64,000 bases of DNA from Epithemia pelagica. Its lineage: Eukaryota; Protista; Bacillariophyta. Both the position numbers and the translations under genes were made by a program. Location of the stretch: the NCBI GenBank assembly GCA_946965045.2, contig OX337240.1, positions 62,001 through 126,000 on the forward strand, written 5' to 3'. The notes below the pieces were generated by a model. It was not told the DNA's origin. It worked only from the letters and a program-made list of their open reading frames with translations, and did no database searches. This document shows positions 10,516-22,357 of the stretch, one piece after another (position 1 is the stretch's first letter; each line of letters opens with the position of its first letter).

Positions 10516-12760
10516 GATGAGAATGATGCTGATACGATCAACGAGTCCCAATCCGAAAGGCCTTTGGACAATTCACTTTGCTCCTCAAAGAGACTCGCAA
10601 CTTGGAAGCAGACGCTCTGTTCAATTCAATCGGATTGGAGGCAGATTGTCTTATGATGATTGAATCGATTCTTGCAATCGAGTGTGTTGCAAGTGACAAC
10701 TACTGGAGCGCCTTTCTATACTCTCGAGAAAAAAACACCTTTCGTTCTCTCCGTTTTGAACTGGCACGTGTGTGCTCTTCAAGAAGTTGTTATCAATGAT
10801 GATGATGATGATCCGGCGGTGAATGTGTAGCAATAGAATGGCTGTTGTTCTTGTTGGATCGAGTACGGAGAGTGGTGGATATCCTTCCCTCCACCTCAAC
10901 TGTGTATCGTTTGTCCACACAAACGACCAGCGTTTGGGAAAAAAGAAACTTCGTTTCCCTTCCTACGAGAGAGCTGTGGTGGGGATTGTTGCTTGTGGTG
11001 GTGCTTGTTGTTGTTGTTGTTGTTGTTGTTGGAACCTACGACTACTACTACGGGTGTTGTTGTTGCTTCCCATGTACACAGATTCTTCTTCCTCCACTCG
11101 TTCGTTTCCCCGAGCAACAACCCTCCGCCTCTCGAGATTCCAAAGAGACACCACAACGCCACCAATCCGTGTGTGGGTGTGTATCTTCTTTCTCTCTCTC
11201 CTCTTGGACACAACAATCTCTTGTTGTTGTTGGTTGCAGCTTGTTCTTCTCGTTTGCTGCTCGTTCCAGTCTTGATTTCGTCTTTTTTCGAAGAGCTAAT
11301 CCATCTCTCGAATTCTCGCCATTCGTTGTTCGTTGTCCGTGTCGGGGGCTGGATGCGATTCTGTTGCACTGTAGTGCACGCCAAAAACCAATCAGTCTCG
11401 AACGAATAGTACAAGCTTGTATGTGGCACATGGGACCGGCGGGCGTGTCGAAATGGTACACTCCAAAAGACTATCGAAATCCGCTTTACTATGCGAAACA
11501 CAGAAGAGGCATCGAGACATCGGTTCCAAGAGTCGTGTGCGCGACCCACAGCTCCTAAGTACTGGATCGCAAATAAGATTCCTCGCCTGGCGTGACAAAA
11601 GGCTCCCAACTTGCAAAATTTGCCACTGGGAACCAATGTGTACAGACGCCTTTGACTCTGAAACAATGTATACGGACAAACATTTTCCTTTACTTATGGG
11701 CGCAGTTCCTGTTTGGAGAGGACACGTGACTCTCGAACAGCGATCGACGTTTGGCGAACCAATCCACAACACTCGCATAAACTGTACCTTTGGGAACTGT
11801 GAGTCTTGTGTGCCGAGCATCGAACAAGATACTGCCGCGCCAAATAATACTAACCACAACAACGGCCCGCCCCCTTCCGAGAAACGAATGACTCCTGGGA
11901 ATGACAGCCCCAACGCACGCCAGAAGAGACACGCAGAACAACCAAAGAGTCTCGTCCGTCATCGTTTGACTTTGGAGAGATGCATCCATAATCGTACGTA
12001 CGTTGGATGCATTCGGAAAAATGAGACAATCAACGGTTGCAACAAGAGATTTATAGAATCTCGAGAACAATGGCGTCGTTCCAGGAGCGACAAGAACCCA
12101 CATTCCAAAAGAAACCACGACGAACACAAAGACCTAGAGAGGTATCTACCAGGAACGAGACGAACGGAGGGAAGATTGGATCGGGCCGAGGATGGATCTA
12201 CACAGCAATTCCAGCCGGGTGACAAACACGGAATGTCCATCCAAATCCTGACACCTGGTCCATGGTGTGTACAAGGGTAGATATGGATGACGGAATGAGT
12301 CTGCTACCAACAACCATTAATTGTCAACGAAAAATCAAGAGACGTTCGACCAATGCTCCATGTGTGTATCGTGGAATCCAGGTCCTGGCGACCGGGGCAT
12401 CGAAAAATAGAGGCCGACAGTGTCGATGGGAACCACGCAGGGTCCTTCTCCTAGTACGTAGTAGCTAGATAGAGTGGGTCCTACTGCGCGTTGGTGCAAT
12501 CCCAACCTATCTAGGTAGGGAGGTAGATGACGAATCGCGTTTTTCACCCATTGTCGTAGACGATAGGCAAAGATGTGATGCGATTCCAACAAATGCGAAA
12601 CGGTCCAGAAGCATGTACCGCAAATGAAATTAAAGTGTGTGCCAAGATGCGCAAAAAGAGAATCTAATAATAATGAAACAAATTATCTCAAGTAGGAGTA
12701 GGAGTCGTAAGAGTATATTGGTATGCAGTAATGAAACAGGAGTGGCAAACCGTCATTCGG

Positions 12761-14911
12761 CTAGGCAAATTTTGGTCTGGATCGTCGTGTACTGGTGGTT
12801 CCCCGATGATCGCCTCGCATGCGCAAAAAGGGTCGATTGTCACTGCTACTACTACTGGCCGTTTGTCGAAGGACGGAACCAAATCCCTTTTTCATGCCAC
12901 TCGTACTCAACCCGTAATGTCCCGACAAGCCCGATCGAAAGTTGACTGTCGTATAGCCATTGCCTCCGCCTCCTCCGCCCGGACTGTGGCCCGAAAAGCT
13001 ATAACTATTTTGCAACTGCGGTCGAGGTTGCGTGACGGGGGTTCGTTGGTGTTGGTGTTGTTGCGCCGCGGCCGCGGCCGAGGATTCCAACCGCGCGGCC
13101 GTGGCCGGTCTCATGCGGGCCGAGTCATGGTCGTCCAAGGATTCCGTCATGAGTCCATGCATAAACAGGCCCGGTTCGGGGACGACCCCGCCCCGCAAAA
13201 AGTCGGACGTCAAAAAATCAAAATTGGTCCCACATCCATAGGTCAAGGCCACTTGATCATGAGATTGCGTCGTTTCCATACTTCGGGTCAAATCCAAATC
13301 GGCATTGTCAATGCTCACGGGAGAATCGGGAATGGCCGGACAGGGCAAATACTCGCCCGTCGGAGTCGTGTTCGTCGTGTTGTGGTGGTGGTGGCCGGCC
13401 GTCGCCGAGGCATAGTGGTGTCGCATGCCATGCAAGGGTTCCGAGGCCGGAGCCGTGTGCAAACTGGGTTGAATCAAGGCATTGAGAGGTGTCGTGGGAT
13501 GGGTCAAGGGGGACTGTTGTTCCGCTTGATCGGCACTCGACAAGGGTTCTGGTGGGGGTGGAGGCGGTTCGGAAATGACGGGATGCGTTGGGACGTGGGA
13601 CAAGGCCGTGTCAATCCGTTGTTGCAAGGCGTCTTCCATCTTTTGATGGTGGGCCAACTTTTGGCGTATTTCGTGTCGTTCGTGCCGGACCGTTTCCAAC
13701 AAGCCTTGTAATCGACACGATTCTTCCAGAGGTCGTCCCACCTTGACCAATTGTTGGTGGGTGGCCAAAATAAAACCCTCGTGACGGGCCAGTGTGGCGA
13801 CACCGTCTTCAAAGGTGACCACTTGCACCTTTTGACCGTATTCCAACAAGTAGGGATCGCGGGTGGTCGAGGCCGAATGGGACAAGGTGGGAGGAGAAAG
13901 AGGATCCACCAGAATCAGCGGTTCTTCTTCTTGTGGTTGTGATGGTAGATCTTGTGGTTCTCGACACGGTACTGGAGCACGCATCGCTGGACCATCCACC
14001 TCCAGTAGTTTTTCGTCTTCTTTGTCTTCCTGTCGTGGTTGTGGAGGATGATGTCGCACGAGACAGGGTGGTGTGGCAGTGGACCGGGAGAGAGAGGGTG
14101 GTTCCAATTCGTCCTTGACTTCATCGGGAAAACTATTGGAACTTGTCAAATGGGGTCGGTCCTCGGGTTTTCGTTCGTCTGATGGTTGCCGTGGTTTGGT
14201 CTTGCGTGGATCCTGGGGCAGGACGACCAATCCATCGTCTCGCACGGCATAGGTTCCACAGGGACCGGCAAAGGAGGTCAAACCGGCGACTAACCGATCG
14301 GCATCAAAGGCATCCTCCTCGTCGTCTTGCGTGTGGGGTGTCTCCACGGCTTTGCTACTAGGAGACGGTTGTGTGACCACCAGGGGTGGTGTGGGTGGCG
14401 CCGGTTGTTCCTGCGGATCCAGGGTAATGGCCGAGACATCCAAGGGCAAGTCCGTGGTGGGATTGACTCCCTGGGGCGATGATTCCAGGTTTGTCATATA
14501 CTTGTCGGAAATGCGTTGCGTGGCTTCCATCATGGCCAAGAGGACGACATTTTTGCAAATGGGCAAGGGAATTTTGGAGGCGGCATTCGGTATGGGAGAT
14601 TTGGTGGGGGTCGCGGGGCTGCTAAATTGGGAGGGGAATTGAGTCGAAAATCGCGAATTGTTGGTAGTGTTGGTGGAAGTGCAATAGTTGCGGATGGTTT
14701 GTTCGGGGACAAAGAGGGATTCGCGACATTCCATGCATCGTTTCAATCGTTTGGTACAGGGCAAACACACATAGGTATGACCACAGGGCAAGACCATGGG
14801 CGGTCGCGTCGAGGTATTGAATTCATCAAAGCAAATGATACAATGAAAGGGAATCACCGAAGCGGCAGCGGCCGCCATTTCCGCTCGCAACTCCCGCACC
14901 GATCGAGTCAT
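12761..14911 (-). CDS. RING-HC zinc-finger protein, paralog 2
   Basis: Near-identical RING, plus blocks shared with paralog 1 (KNVVLLAMMEA, CGTYAV..GLVVLPQDP, YGQKVQVVTFEDGVATLAR, NFRSGLSGH, MRGDHRG). Confidence 0.87.
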   Translation of the reverse strand: MTRSVRELRAEMAAAAASVIPFHCIICFDEFNTSTRPPMVLPCGHTYVCLPCTKRLKRCMECRESLFVPEQTIRNYCTSTNTTNNSRFSTQFPSQFSSPATPTKSPIPNAASKIPLPICKNVVLLAMMEATQRISDKYMTNLESSPQGVNPTTDLPLDVSAITLDPQEQPAPPTPPLVVTQPSPSSKAVETPHTQDDEEDAFDADRLVAGLTSFAGPCGTYAVRDDGLVVLPQDPRKTKPRQPSDERKPEDRPHLTSSNSFPDEVKDELEPPSLSRSTATPPCLVRHHPPQPRQEDKEDEKLLEVDGPAMRAPVPCREPQDLPSQPQEEEPLILVDPLSPPTLSHSASTTRDPYLLEYGQKVQVVTFEDGVATLARHEGFILATHQQLVKVGRPLEESCRLQGLLETVRHERHEIRQKLAHHQKMEDALQQRIDTALSHVPTHPVISEPPPPPPEPLSSADQAEQQSPLTHPTTPLNALIQPSLHTAPASEPLHGMRHHYASATAGHHHHNTTNTTPTGEYLPCPAIPDSPVSIDNADLDLTRSMETTQSHDQVALTYGCGTNFDFLTSDFLRGGVVPEPGLFMHGLMTESLDDHDSARMRPATAARLESSAAAAAQQHQHQRTPVTQPRPQLQNSYSFSGHSPGGGGGGNGYTTVNFRSGLSGHYGLSTSGMKKGFGSVLRQTASSSSSDNRPFLRMRGDHRGTTSTRRSRPKFA

Positions 14912-17011
14912 GGTAGAGACTGTGGTTGTGGTTGATGTATGGGGAGAGAGGGAGAGCTTTTTGTCTGTGCCGTCGAGAAAGTGTTGCCTTGATGCGTTCG
15001 TGTCAAGGCACTCCTGAATTCGCTTCTGTTTTATTCTCTAAGAAGATTTCGTGTCCAAAGCGCGCAATTCTTGCAAAGGAATATGTTACTCCAATGGCCA
15101 AGTCGTGGTGTCCAGTCCAGTAGATTGATGGAGGGATGGATTCACACACTCACACACAGACCAGAGAATCCAACGGTGTGGCTTCTGGCAATCAAGAGAG
15201 CAAAGAGATGGATGGATTGTGGATCCCTATTGTTGCGTTGCCACCACCGAGCCGACGTTCTCCTTACACGTAGCTCAAGTGAATCAGACCGTCTGGTGGT
15301 GAATTGCTTCGGTGGTTCTTGTTGTGGATTGCCCCTCTACCAACGACACGAGTTTGTCCGTGGAATAGAAGACAAGGTGCGGATGAAAGGATCGACTGCT
15401 GGAAAAGCTCCGTTCCGTCCGCTGGAGAACAACCAACCAACAACCAACAAGCACAACAACACACTGTTTGGTGGTGTGGAGGTTGATGCAGCGTGCTCCC
15501 AACACGATGATACGATTGAATTGGATCTATCGTGCCGAGAAAAGAGGCATACATACAGCGACAACGATGGAGACAGTTGGATCGATTTTCGTAGTTTAGA
15601 CGATCGACACGCACTGCGCACGCATACACTACGCTAGAAGTCTATGATTTAGATGGCCTTCGATCGTCGAACGTAGACAATGGTGTAGCTATTCCACTCA
15701 ACGAACGTACCGAGATCTCCTTCCACAAGAGGGACACGCCAAGATTCTGTACGATATCTACACCAGCTATGACAACTCCCGAGCCGGAGGGTCGAAAAGC
15801 TACCCAAGAATCGTCCCGCTCGATCCGTCTCTCACCAAGCTCCAAGATGGGAGCGCGCGAGGACCACCCAGAACACGCTTGGTGGTCTCAACGTCGGCGC
15901 ACAGCCCCGCGGATCTCTCATGTCGGAGACGTTGATGGACCGTTCCAAAGTTGCGTCCAACGGACTCCCTGGCTTAGTGAAATAATAGGTGCGACTCAGC
16001 AACGACTATCTAAAGTTTGGCTTTTCCGAAATAAATATAATAAAAAGGTTGAACAAGTACGTCCACTTCCGGAACGATACGTCGGCACGGAGAGGGACCC
16101 TGTCTCGGGAGTACCGCATCAAGGTACCATGTCCACCACATGGTGTCTCTTCCGCTTCTTTTAGGCTCTTTGTTTCCGCCATTCCAAAAAACAAAAAAAG
16201 GCCGCAAAACGCACCCACAAAACCGAGAACAGGAGCCATTTCATCTTTCGCCGCCGGTTGGGAGTTTGGAGGGTAGGTCTAGCTGAGATGACGAACAATG
16301 GCGTGTTCCTTGGGTTTGCTCGTTGGTGTCGGAGAATACTACAAAACTCAGATCTACCAGTAGAGAGAGAACTTCGATAACACTGGAAGTTCCTTGGAGC
16401 CATGGTTAATCCAGACCGTTCCTAGAATTCCTGTCCATGTCTGTGTATTTTAGGTGCGACCATTGTTGTGGATGAGAGATAGACGACTTTTGCACCTCTG
16501 TGGCGTCGGGATGCCATTCTATGGATGCAGTCGCTGTTCGGTGCGATCGACGCGCGCGTCTGGGGCGAGCCGGAAGACTCGAAGCGCCCGTCGGCGTTCC
16601 GTCCAACGCAGTTTCGGTTGATGGCCACAGGATTCCAGCCCCATGGACGAAGGGGAGGAACGAAGCAGAAGTCTCACCGACCCATGCGAAACAACAAACC
16701 CACAATCGGCCATGTTGTTGGCCGGAACGTAAATAGCCAGAAATAGCCAAAAACAGGAACACTACTTTGTGTAGAAAATTAAATGATAAAAAAGCTTTCC
16801 GAAAAACAAAAGAGTGCGACACAAGAATTGGTCGAATCGGTATCGTGGACGGATTGCGTCCGTGGTCTTGTGTGGTCGCACGAGAAAAAAACAAAAGTAG
16901 GCGAAAATGGAGTGTTCCAATGACTTGTTGTTGTTGTTCTTGTTGTTGTTCAAAAAATATATGCGCATGTCTGTCTTGTTGTGGTCCGCCGTCTCCTTGA
17001 CACACTAGCTA

Positions 17012-19312
17012 CTACTGCATTGAGCTGCTGCTAGTCTTGACCGCCGCGCTTTGTTCCAACAACAAGTGTTGAGCAATCGTGGCAAAGCAGGGTCGTGCGG
17101 CTGGTACGGCCTGGCACGATTCCCGCACGACATGTCGAATGGTGGGTGACGAAATGGACCGTGCCAGTTTCCACTCACCAGGATTGCCCCAAACCAACGG
17201 ACAACAAGTGCTGCTGCTGCACGGCTGGTGGTGGTACGAAACCCCAGTGCGGTTGTTTCGTTTGGGTGAAGGAGGAGGATACCCCGACTGTTGAATGCGA
17301 CGAAGCAACTCGTAGGAGCGGGTAATGTGAGCATGTGGTTTTTGCCAGGTGTACAATTCCCACAGCACTTGACCAAAGGAGTACACGTCGGTGGAAAAAC
17401 TGTAGGTTTCTCGTCGGGCCATTTCCGGTGCCATGTACCGCAGAGTTCCGACAAAACGGGTCCAGTGTCGACCATCTTCTTCTACTTCTTCTTCAAAACG
17501 AAAACAAGACTCGGAGTGTGTCTCGGAATCCGAATCTTCCTCTTCCTTGTCTTGGTGGTGCGGTTCCTTGTCTTGTGGGTGTAGTATTCGGGGTACCACC
17601 ATTCGGGCCAATCCAAAATCAAACAAGCGAACTTGACCATCCCATCCAAACCCGACATTGGCGGGTTTCAAATCACGAAACAAAATACCATGGGCATGCA
17701 AAAATTCCATGGCACGAGCCATGCCCACGGCAATTTCCAACAAACGAGAGTGAAGACGCTTTGTGGGGCGGTATCGTCCAGAGTCGCGTCGACTCGAAGC
17801 ATGGGGACGCACTCCTGGCAGTATGCTCGTCCTTGTCGCATGGCAGCAACCGCCCCCCAACTTGTGTCGTCGTCGTTTCCATCGAGCAATGGTTTGATCC
17901 AAGGATTCACTCAATTGTTCTTGTACCAAAAAGGCCGTTTCTGGATCCGTCCAAAAAGTAGAGGAAATCCCCAACAAGGCCACAATGTGAGGAGGACGAC
18001 GAGGACAATGGTCTGGAGGTTGCTCCTGTTCTTCTAATTCTTGTTGTTGTTGTTCTAATTCTTGTTGGCGAGCGAGATGGGCGAGAATGCGCACTTCCTT
18101 GTGCAAATCGCGCAAGGCCTCTTCCACGGCTGGAAGTGCGAGCTGCAAAGTTTTTGCATGCAAGCGTTTCAAGGCCATGGGTGTCATGGTACAGTCTGGA
18201 AGGCTAGTACTACTACTGGTGCTGGTATACGAAGGATCCAAGAGCCATTGCCTCGAACGGGTGGTGGTGGTGGTGGTCGTGGTCGTCCAAGAGGAGCAAG
18301 AGGCTGGCGGTTCCTCCATCAACCGTTGATAGGACCATTGTTTCTTAGGGGTCTGATATATCGTATTCTTGTGGTGGCGGTGGTCATGGTTGTCCGTGTC
18401 GTGGTTCTTGTTGTAGTAAAGAGTTGCTCTTCTTCTCCATTATTTGGTTCTTGTTGTGGCAGGGTTGTGGTGGTGGTTGGTGCAGGATTGATAGCAGCAT
18501 TTCGTAGTGCTATGAGTAGCCCCCTTTTGTCGTAGTACTCGTTGGGGAGTCGCAAGCATGGTCTCGCGTAAAATAGGCACAAAGGACAAGCATGATAAGG
18601 ATCCCACGGAACCATCACCACCATTGTTCTCGGATGCTTCGTCTGGTTCTTGTTGTTGTTGTTCCTCTTCCGTTGCGGTCCAATAAGCATCTGTGGTGGT
18701 TGTAGTGGAGATAATGCTATTATCATCACCATTGCAGGACAAGGACGACGACAAGGGTGAGGAGAAGGAAATAGTGGTTGTCGTCTTGGGAGTGGATCCT
18801 TGTGGTTGTTGGCAAATAAGGATGGGAGACGGACCACCGGGGACTGTTGCCAACGGTTCGTGGTGGTGGGTGACCTGGAATGGTTGTCGAGAAGGAGATT
18901 AATGATAGGGATTGAATGGTTCGTTTCGTGGGGACCATGGTTCGTTGTCTTGTGGTTGTAGTTGTGGTTTGGGTAGTGACTCCTCCTCCAAATCCAACGG
19001 TGGCTCCCTCTGCTGGCGCGGCTCCTGTTGTTTGTGACGGTCGTGGTGTGGTTGTTGCAGTTCCGTGTCGTGTGGTTGTGATTGTTCAGTGTCTTGTGGT
19101 TGTGATTGTGATTGTGGTTGTTGCAAGGATGGTTGTTGTTGTGGTTGTTGCTGTTGTGTTTGCTTCTTCAATGTGACTTGAAAGACGGCCGCAAATCCTC
19201 CAATGCCCAAGCGAGGACCGAGACAGAGCTCGGATCGATCCAACACGCGAATCTCGTGGATGGCACTGTCGTCGTTTCCTACTAGCAATGGAGGTGCGAT
19301 GGAGGCGTCCAT
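17012..19312 (-). pseudogene. Protein kinase (diatom-expanded TKL-like type) interrupted by two in-frame TAA codons
   Basis: G-loop LGIGGFAAVFQV in ORF 18899-19312; ALKRL, DLHKE, FRDLKPAN, DFG, YMAPE and DVYSFG in ORF 17012-18322. All segments are in one frame, with TAA at 18899-18901 and 18440-18442. Confidence 0.7.
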
Positions 19313-20648
19313 GGTTCCAACACCACCACCAAGGAATCCAACGGAACAGCCACAAGGACCGTTGGTCTAGGAACACAAAAGATTGGTGGGTCTCTCTCTG
19401 TGTTCTCTCGATCTCTCTCTGTGTTGTTTTTTTAGGAGGAACCAGAAGAAATTGGTTTGGAGAACGACTGCCACCCCTGCACAATCGAGGTGCTCATTCT
19501 CGTCTTTGGCGCTTCGAATTCAACGACCACAACCATCACAGAACCTTGGGATGCACATACAGAGATGCTCAATTGGATAGACGATTCTTCTTGGTTGGTT
19601 CCAAACACCACACACATACACATGGAGTTGGATCGACACGTTCCATATTCCAAACGAGCCGACACACACACACGTGTGGGAGATTTTTTTGCAGTGGCCA
19701 AAGAAAGTATTACAATAGCAAAAGGATGTCGAGTCGACACCATCCACACACAAACGGACGCTATCCATACCTCCGAGCGATAGATCAAGTCCTGCTCGTG
19801 AATGAGTAAGGGTTCAATGCACACTCTCTGTGAATCAAGATCCACCAGGACTCCATTTTACGCTCGGGGGTAACTAAATCCGAATCCCGTGAGGGACCAT
19901 CCACGCCCGAGGGAATTTTCTTGTGGACACCCAACCGAACTTCCGGATGCAATCCATCTTCCATGGAGCATAGCCTCTCTCAATTTTGTATGGGATACTC
20001 TGTTACTCGTATTCCGATTATCCCACCAAAAACCAAAACATGATGATATAATATACGAGCTCGTATGTGTATGTGTGTCGTTGATCCAAGCGAGGCCACA
20101 GGCCACAAGAATCCGAAGAAAAAATAATGATGGGGATGCGAAGGAGACGACCAGACGGATCGGACAGCTTTTGTGATCCATGCTTGTTTCGAGAACCTTG
20201 TCGTCGATCGATCCATCTCCCTCCCGAGGGAGAGGAGGTAGTTGTAGTTCGTATTGCTGGCTACTCGAGGAGGAGGAGTCTCGACTCTCTATACCTCGTT
20301 GCTAGTAGTCTTTTGTGGTTATTCATCATCATCCGAGGATGCGTTTGGTGCCTCGATGTGGTGTTGATGATTTACCTAGGTAGACCCCTCGAGATTGGTC
20401 CGCCCTCATACCTCTAGTCTACAAATAGAGGAGGAGTATAACTCGTATTGTATACTACCTAGAGGGAGGGTAGCTCTACCCGACGGAGTCGAGTCGCGTT
20501 TCGCTTAGTGGTCGCTCTTCCGCATGCCACCACGTCACCAAACCCGAAAGATCGCGATCCTCGCCCCATGGCGGCGTCATTTTTCGATTCGCTCCTTCTC
20601 ACTCTCACGGCGTTGTTTTGAGATTGACAGCGACTCCTCCTCCTCAGG

Positions 20649-21578
20649 ATGATGATGAGCAGCCGTACTAACAGCAGAACGTTTCCCAAGACTGTGAGCA
20701 GACGACACCAAGGAGGCATTCGGGTCGTCCTTGTAGGAGTGCTGCTGCTGGGATGGCCCACTAGTTGTTGGGTGCAGAGTTGGGGAGGCAGCGTGGTTCC
20801 TGTTGCAAGACGACGACAACGACAGAATGGTCGTCGTCTTGGGCCACTGTGGAATGTACCACAACAACAACAACAAGAACAACAAGAATCAGCATCCACG
20901 AACAACAAGGCCCCGGAAACACTGGGGTTTGACGACACGGATGTCGCCTCCAAAGGCTTGGTCTCCTCCTTGACCAATCTCGTCAATTCGTGGGTCAATG
21001 GGAGGAGGAGTTCCAACATGGCATTCACGACTACTACCAGTAGCAACAGTAGCAGTACACTTTTAGACCAACTACCACCACCGCCAACCTCGCCCGAGGA
21101 ATTGTTGCAGCGCATTCGCGCCGATTATCAAGAGCACAACTACTTGTGGACGGGCCACATCGATCTGCCATGTTTTGAAGAAGCGTGTCGCTTTCAAGAT
21201 CCCACCTTGGAGTTTGTCGGACGACTGCAATTTGTGGAAAATGTGCAAAATTTGCAACCCCTTGTCAATGCACTCATTCCAGCCGCGCACGACAAGCAAT
21301 CCCGGTTGTTCAGTATTCAGTTGCATTTGGAAAATGATGATGCGGGTGGCTACATTCAAACGCGCTGGAACATGGTGGGCAATTTTACCAATCTCTTTTG
21401 GAAGCCCCAACTCAATGTCGTGGGTCGCACCAAATTTTGGTATCGACGACAACCACCAAAGGACGATTCTTCTTCCAACAATAAGGATGAGTCGTCGTAT
21501 GCCGTCTACTTTTACGACGAAGTCTGGGAACTCCCCGCCTATCAAGCCTTGTTGCAGTTGCTGATTCCTCGATGGTAG
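20649..21578 (+). CDS. DUF2358-like (SnoaL/NTF2-fold) protein, probably plastid-targeted
   Basis: NYLWTG...FEEACRFQDPTLEFVG...F..N and TRWNMVG...WKP.L.V.G.T pattern typical of this family; N-terminal signal plus transit-like region. Confidence 0.75.
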   Translation: MMMSSRTNSRTFPKTVSRRHQGGIRVVLVGVLLLGWPTSCWVQSWGGSVVPVARRRQRQNGRRLGPLWNVPQQQQQEQQESASTNNKAPETLGFDDTDVASKGLVSSLTNLVNSWVNGRRSSNMAFTTTTSSNSSSTLLDQLPPPPTSPEELLQRIRADYQEHNYLWTGHIDLPCFEEACRFQDPTLEFVGRLQFVENVQNLQPLVNALIPAAHDKQSRLFSIQLHLENDDAGGYIQTRWNMVGNFTNLFWKPQLNVVGRTKFWYRRQPPKDDSSSNNKDESSYAVYFYDEVWELPAYQALLQLLIPRW

Positions 21579-21759
21579 TAGAAACAAGTGAATTCCTCAA
21601 TGGCCACCACAAGAGAATCACATGCAGCACCTACCTTTCGGTAGACAGACGGGGAACTTTGTGTGTGTGTGTCTGTGTCTGTGAAGGAAATCCGTCCCTC
21701 CTACTGGAAGAAATGACGGGGGCCCGCCCCCAACGAGACGACTACCTGCTACTCGTTGT

Positions 21760-21950
21760 TGCGAATGTCGTGGCGGATGAATGTGCGGAAAAGAGTGTCG
21801 TAGTCGGGGTCGTTGGGATCCATTGTTTCCATATCCTGCTAAAAGAGAATGCCGCAGCGGCCATGACCGAGGCTTGAGAAATCCACGTGGAGCTTCGCCG
21901 GTTGTGAACAAGAGAAAGGAAACTTGATTCGCAACTTTGAGGTTCTTCTT
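21760..21950 (-). pseudogene. Degenerate, frameshifted copy of part of the 32330-32917 gene
   Basis: Nucleotide blocks such as CCGAGGCTTGAGAAATCCACGTGGAG, CTTCGCCGGTTGTG and TCGTAGTCGGGGTCG.TGGGATCCAT are shared with 32515-32760. They translate to VANQVSFLLFTTGEA, TWISQAS and QDMETMDPNDPDYD in different frames. Confidence 0.8.
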
Positions 21951-22357
21951 GTGACAGAAAATCGAGGAGCGGTGTTGGCCGTGGGCGATACTAAAAAAAA
22001 ACACATTATTTTGGAATAATTACAGGAAATGGCTTAACAGCGTCATGGAAACCGCTTCCTTCAGAATGAGAAGGGAACTATGAAATCCCCAAGCCAAGTT
22101 ATTAAGGCAATCAGCATTCCACTACTGTTATGCAATCTCGTGGTATTCATATGGACTGACGCAGCGATATGTTACACTTGGCTTCTTCGTATTGGCGATC
22201 TCTGACGCATATTGTACTAAGCTTGTCTCGAAGTATTTGTTTTTCTGGAAAGTTGTTCGTGTATCATTTGCAAGAGGGTATTCCGACTACCTGGTGCGAA
22301 GATCTCCAAAATAGTGATGCACAAAAAACCCAAGAATGCAAAGGGTAACAACTGTCC

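Noticed and set aside
10800-12300. Overlapping 130-290 aa ORFs on both strands with some splice-like sites (e.g. GTACGT near 12000 on the minus strand)
   Set aside because: No recognisable motif and no self-consistent gene model could be built; a small gene may exist, but RNA-seq is needed.
7537-14935. Long plus-strand ORFs (e.g. 7537-8448, 12731-13711) opposite the RING genes
   Set aside because: Antisense shadows of codon-biased, low-complexity genes; the same applies opposite ELO, the EGF genes and the cyclase-PDE.
15071-16276. ORFs of 95-188 aa between RING paralog 2 and the kinase
   Set aside because: No domain signal; compatible with chance ORFs at this GC content.
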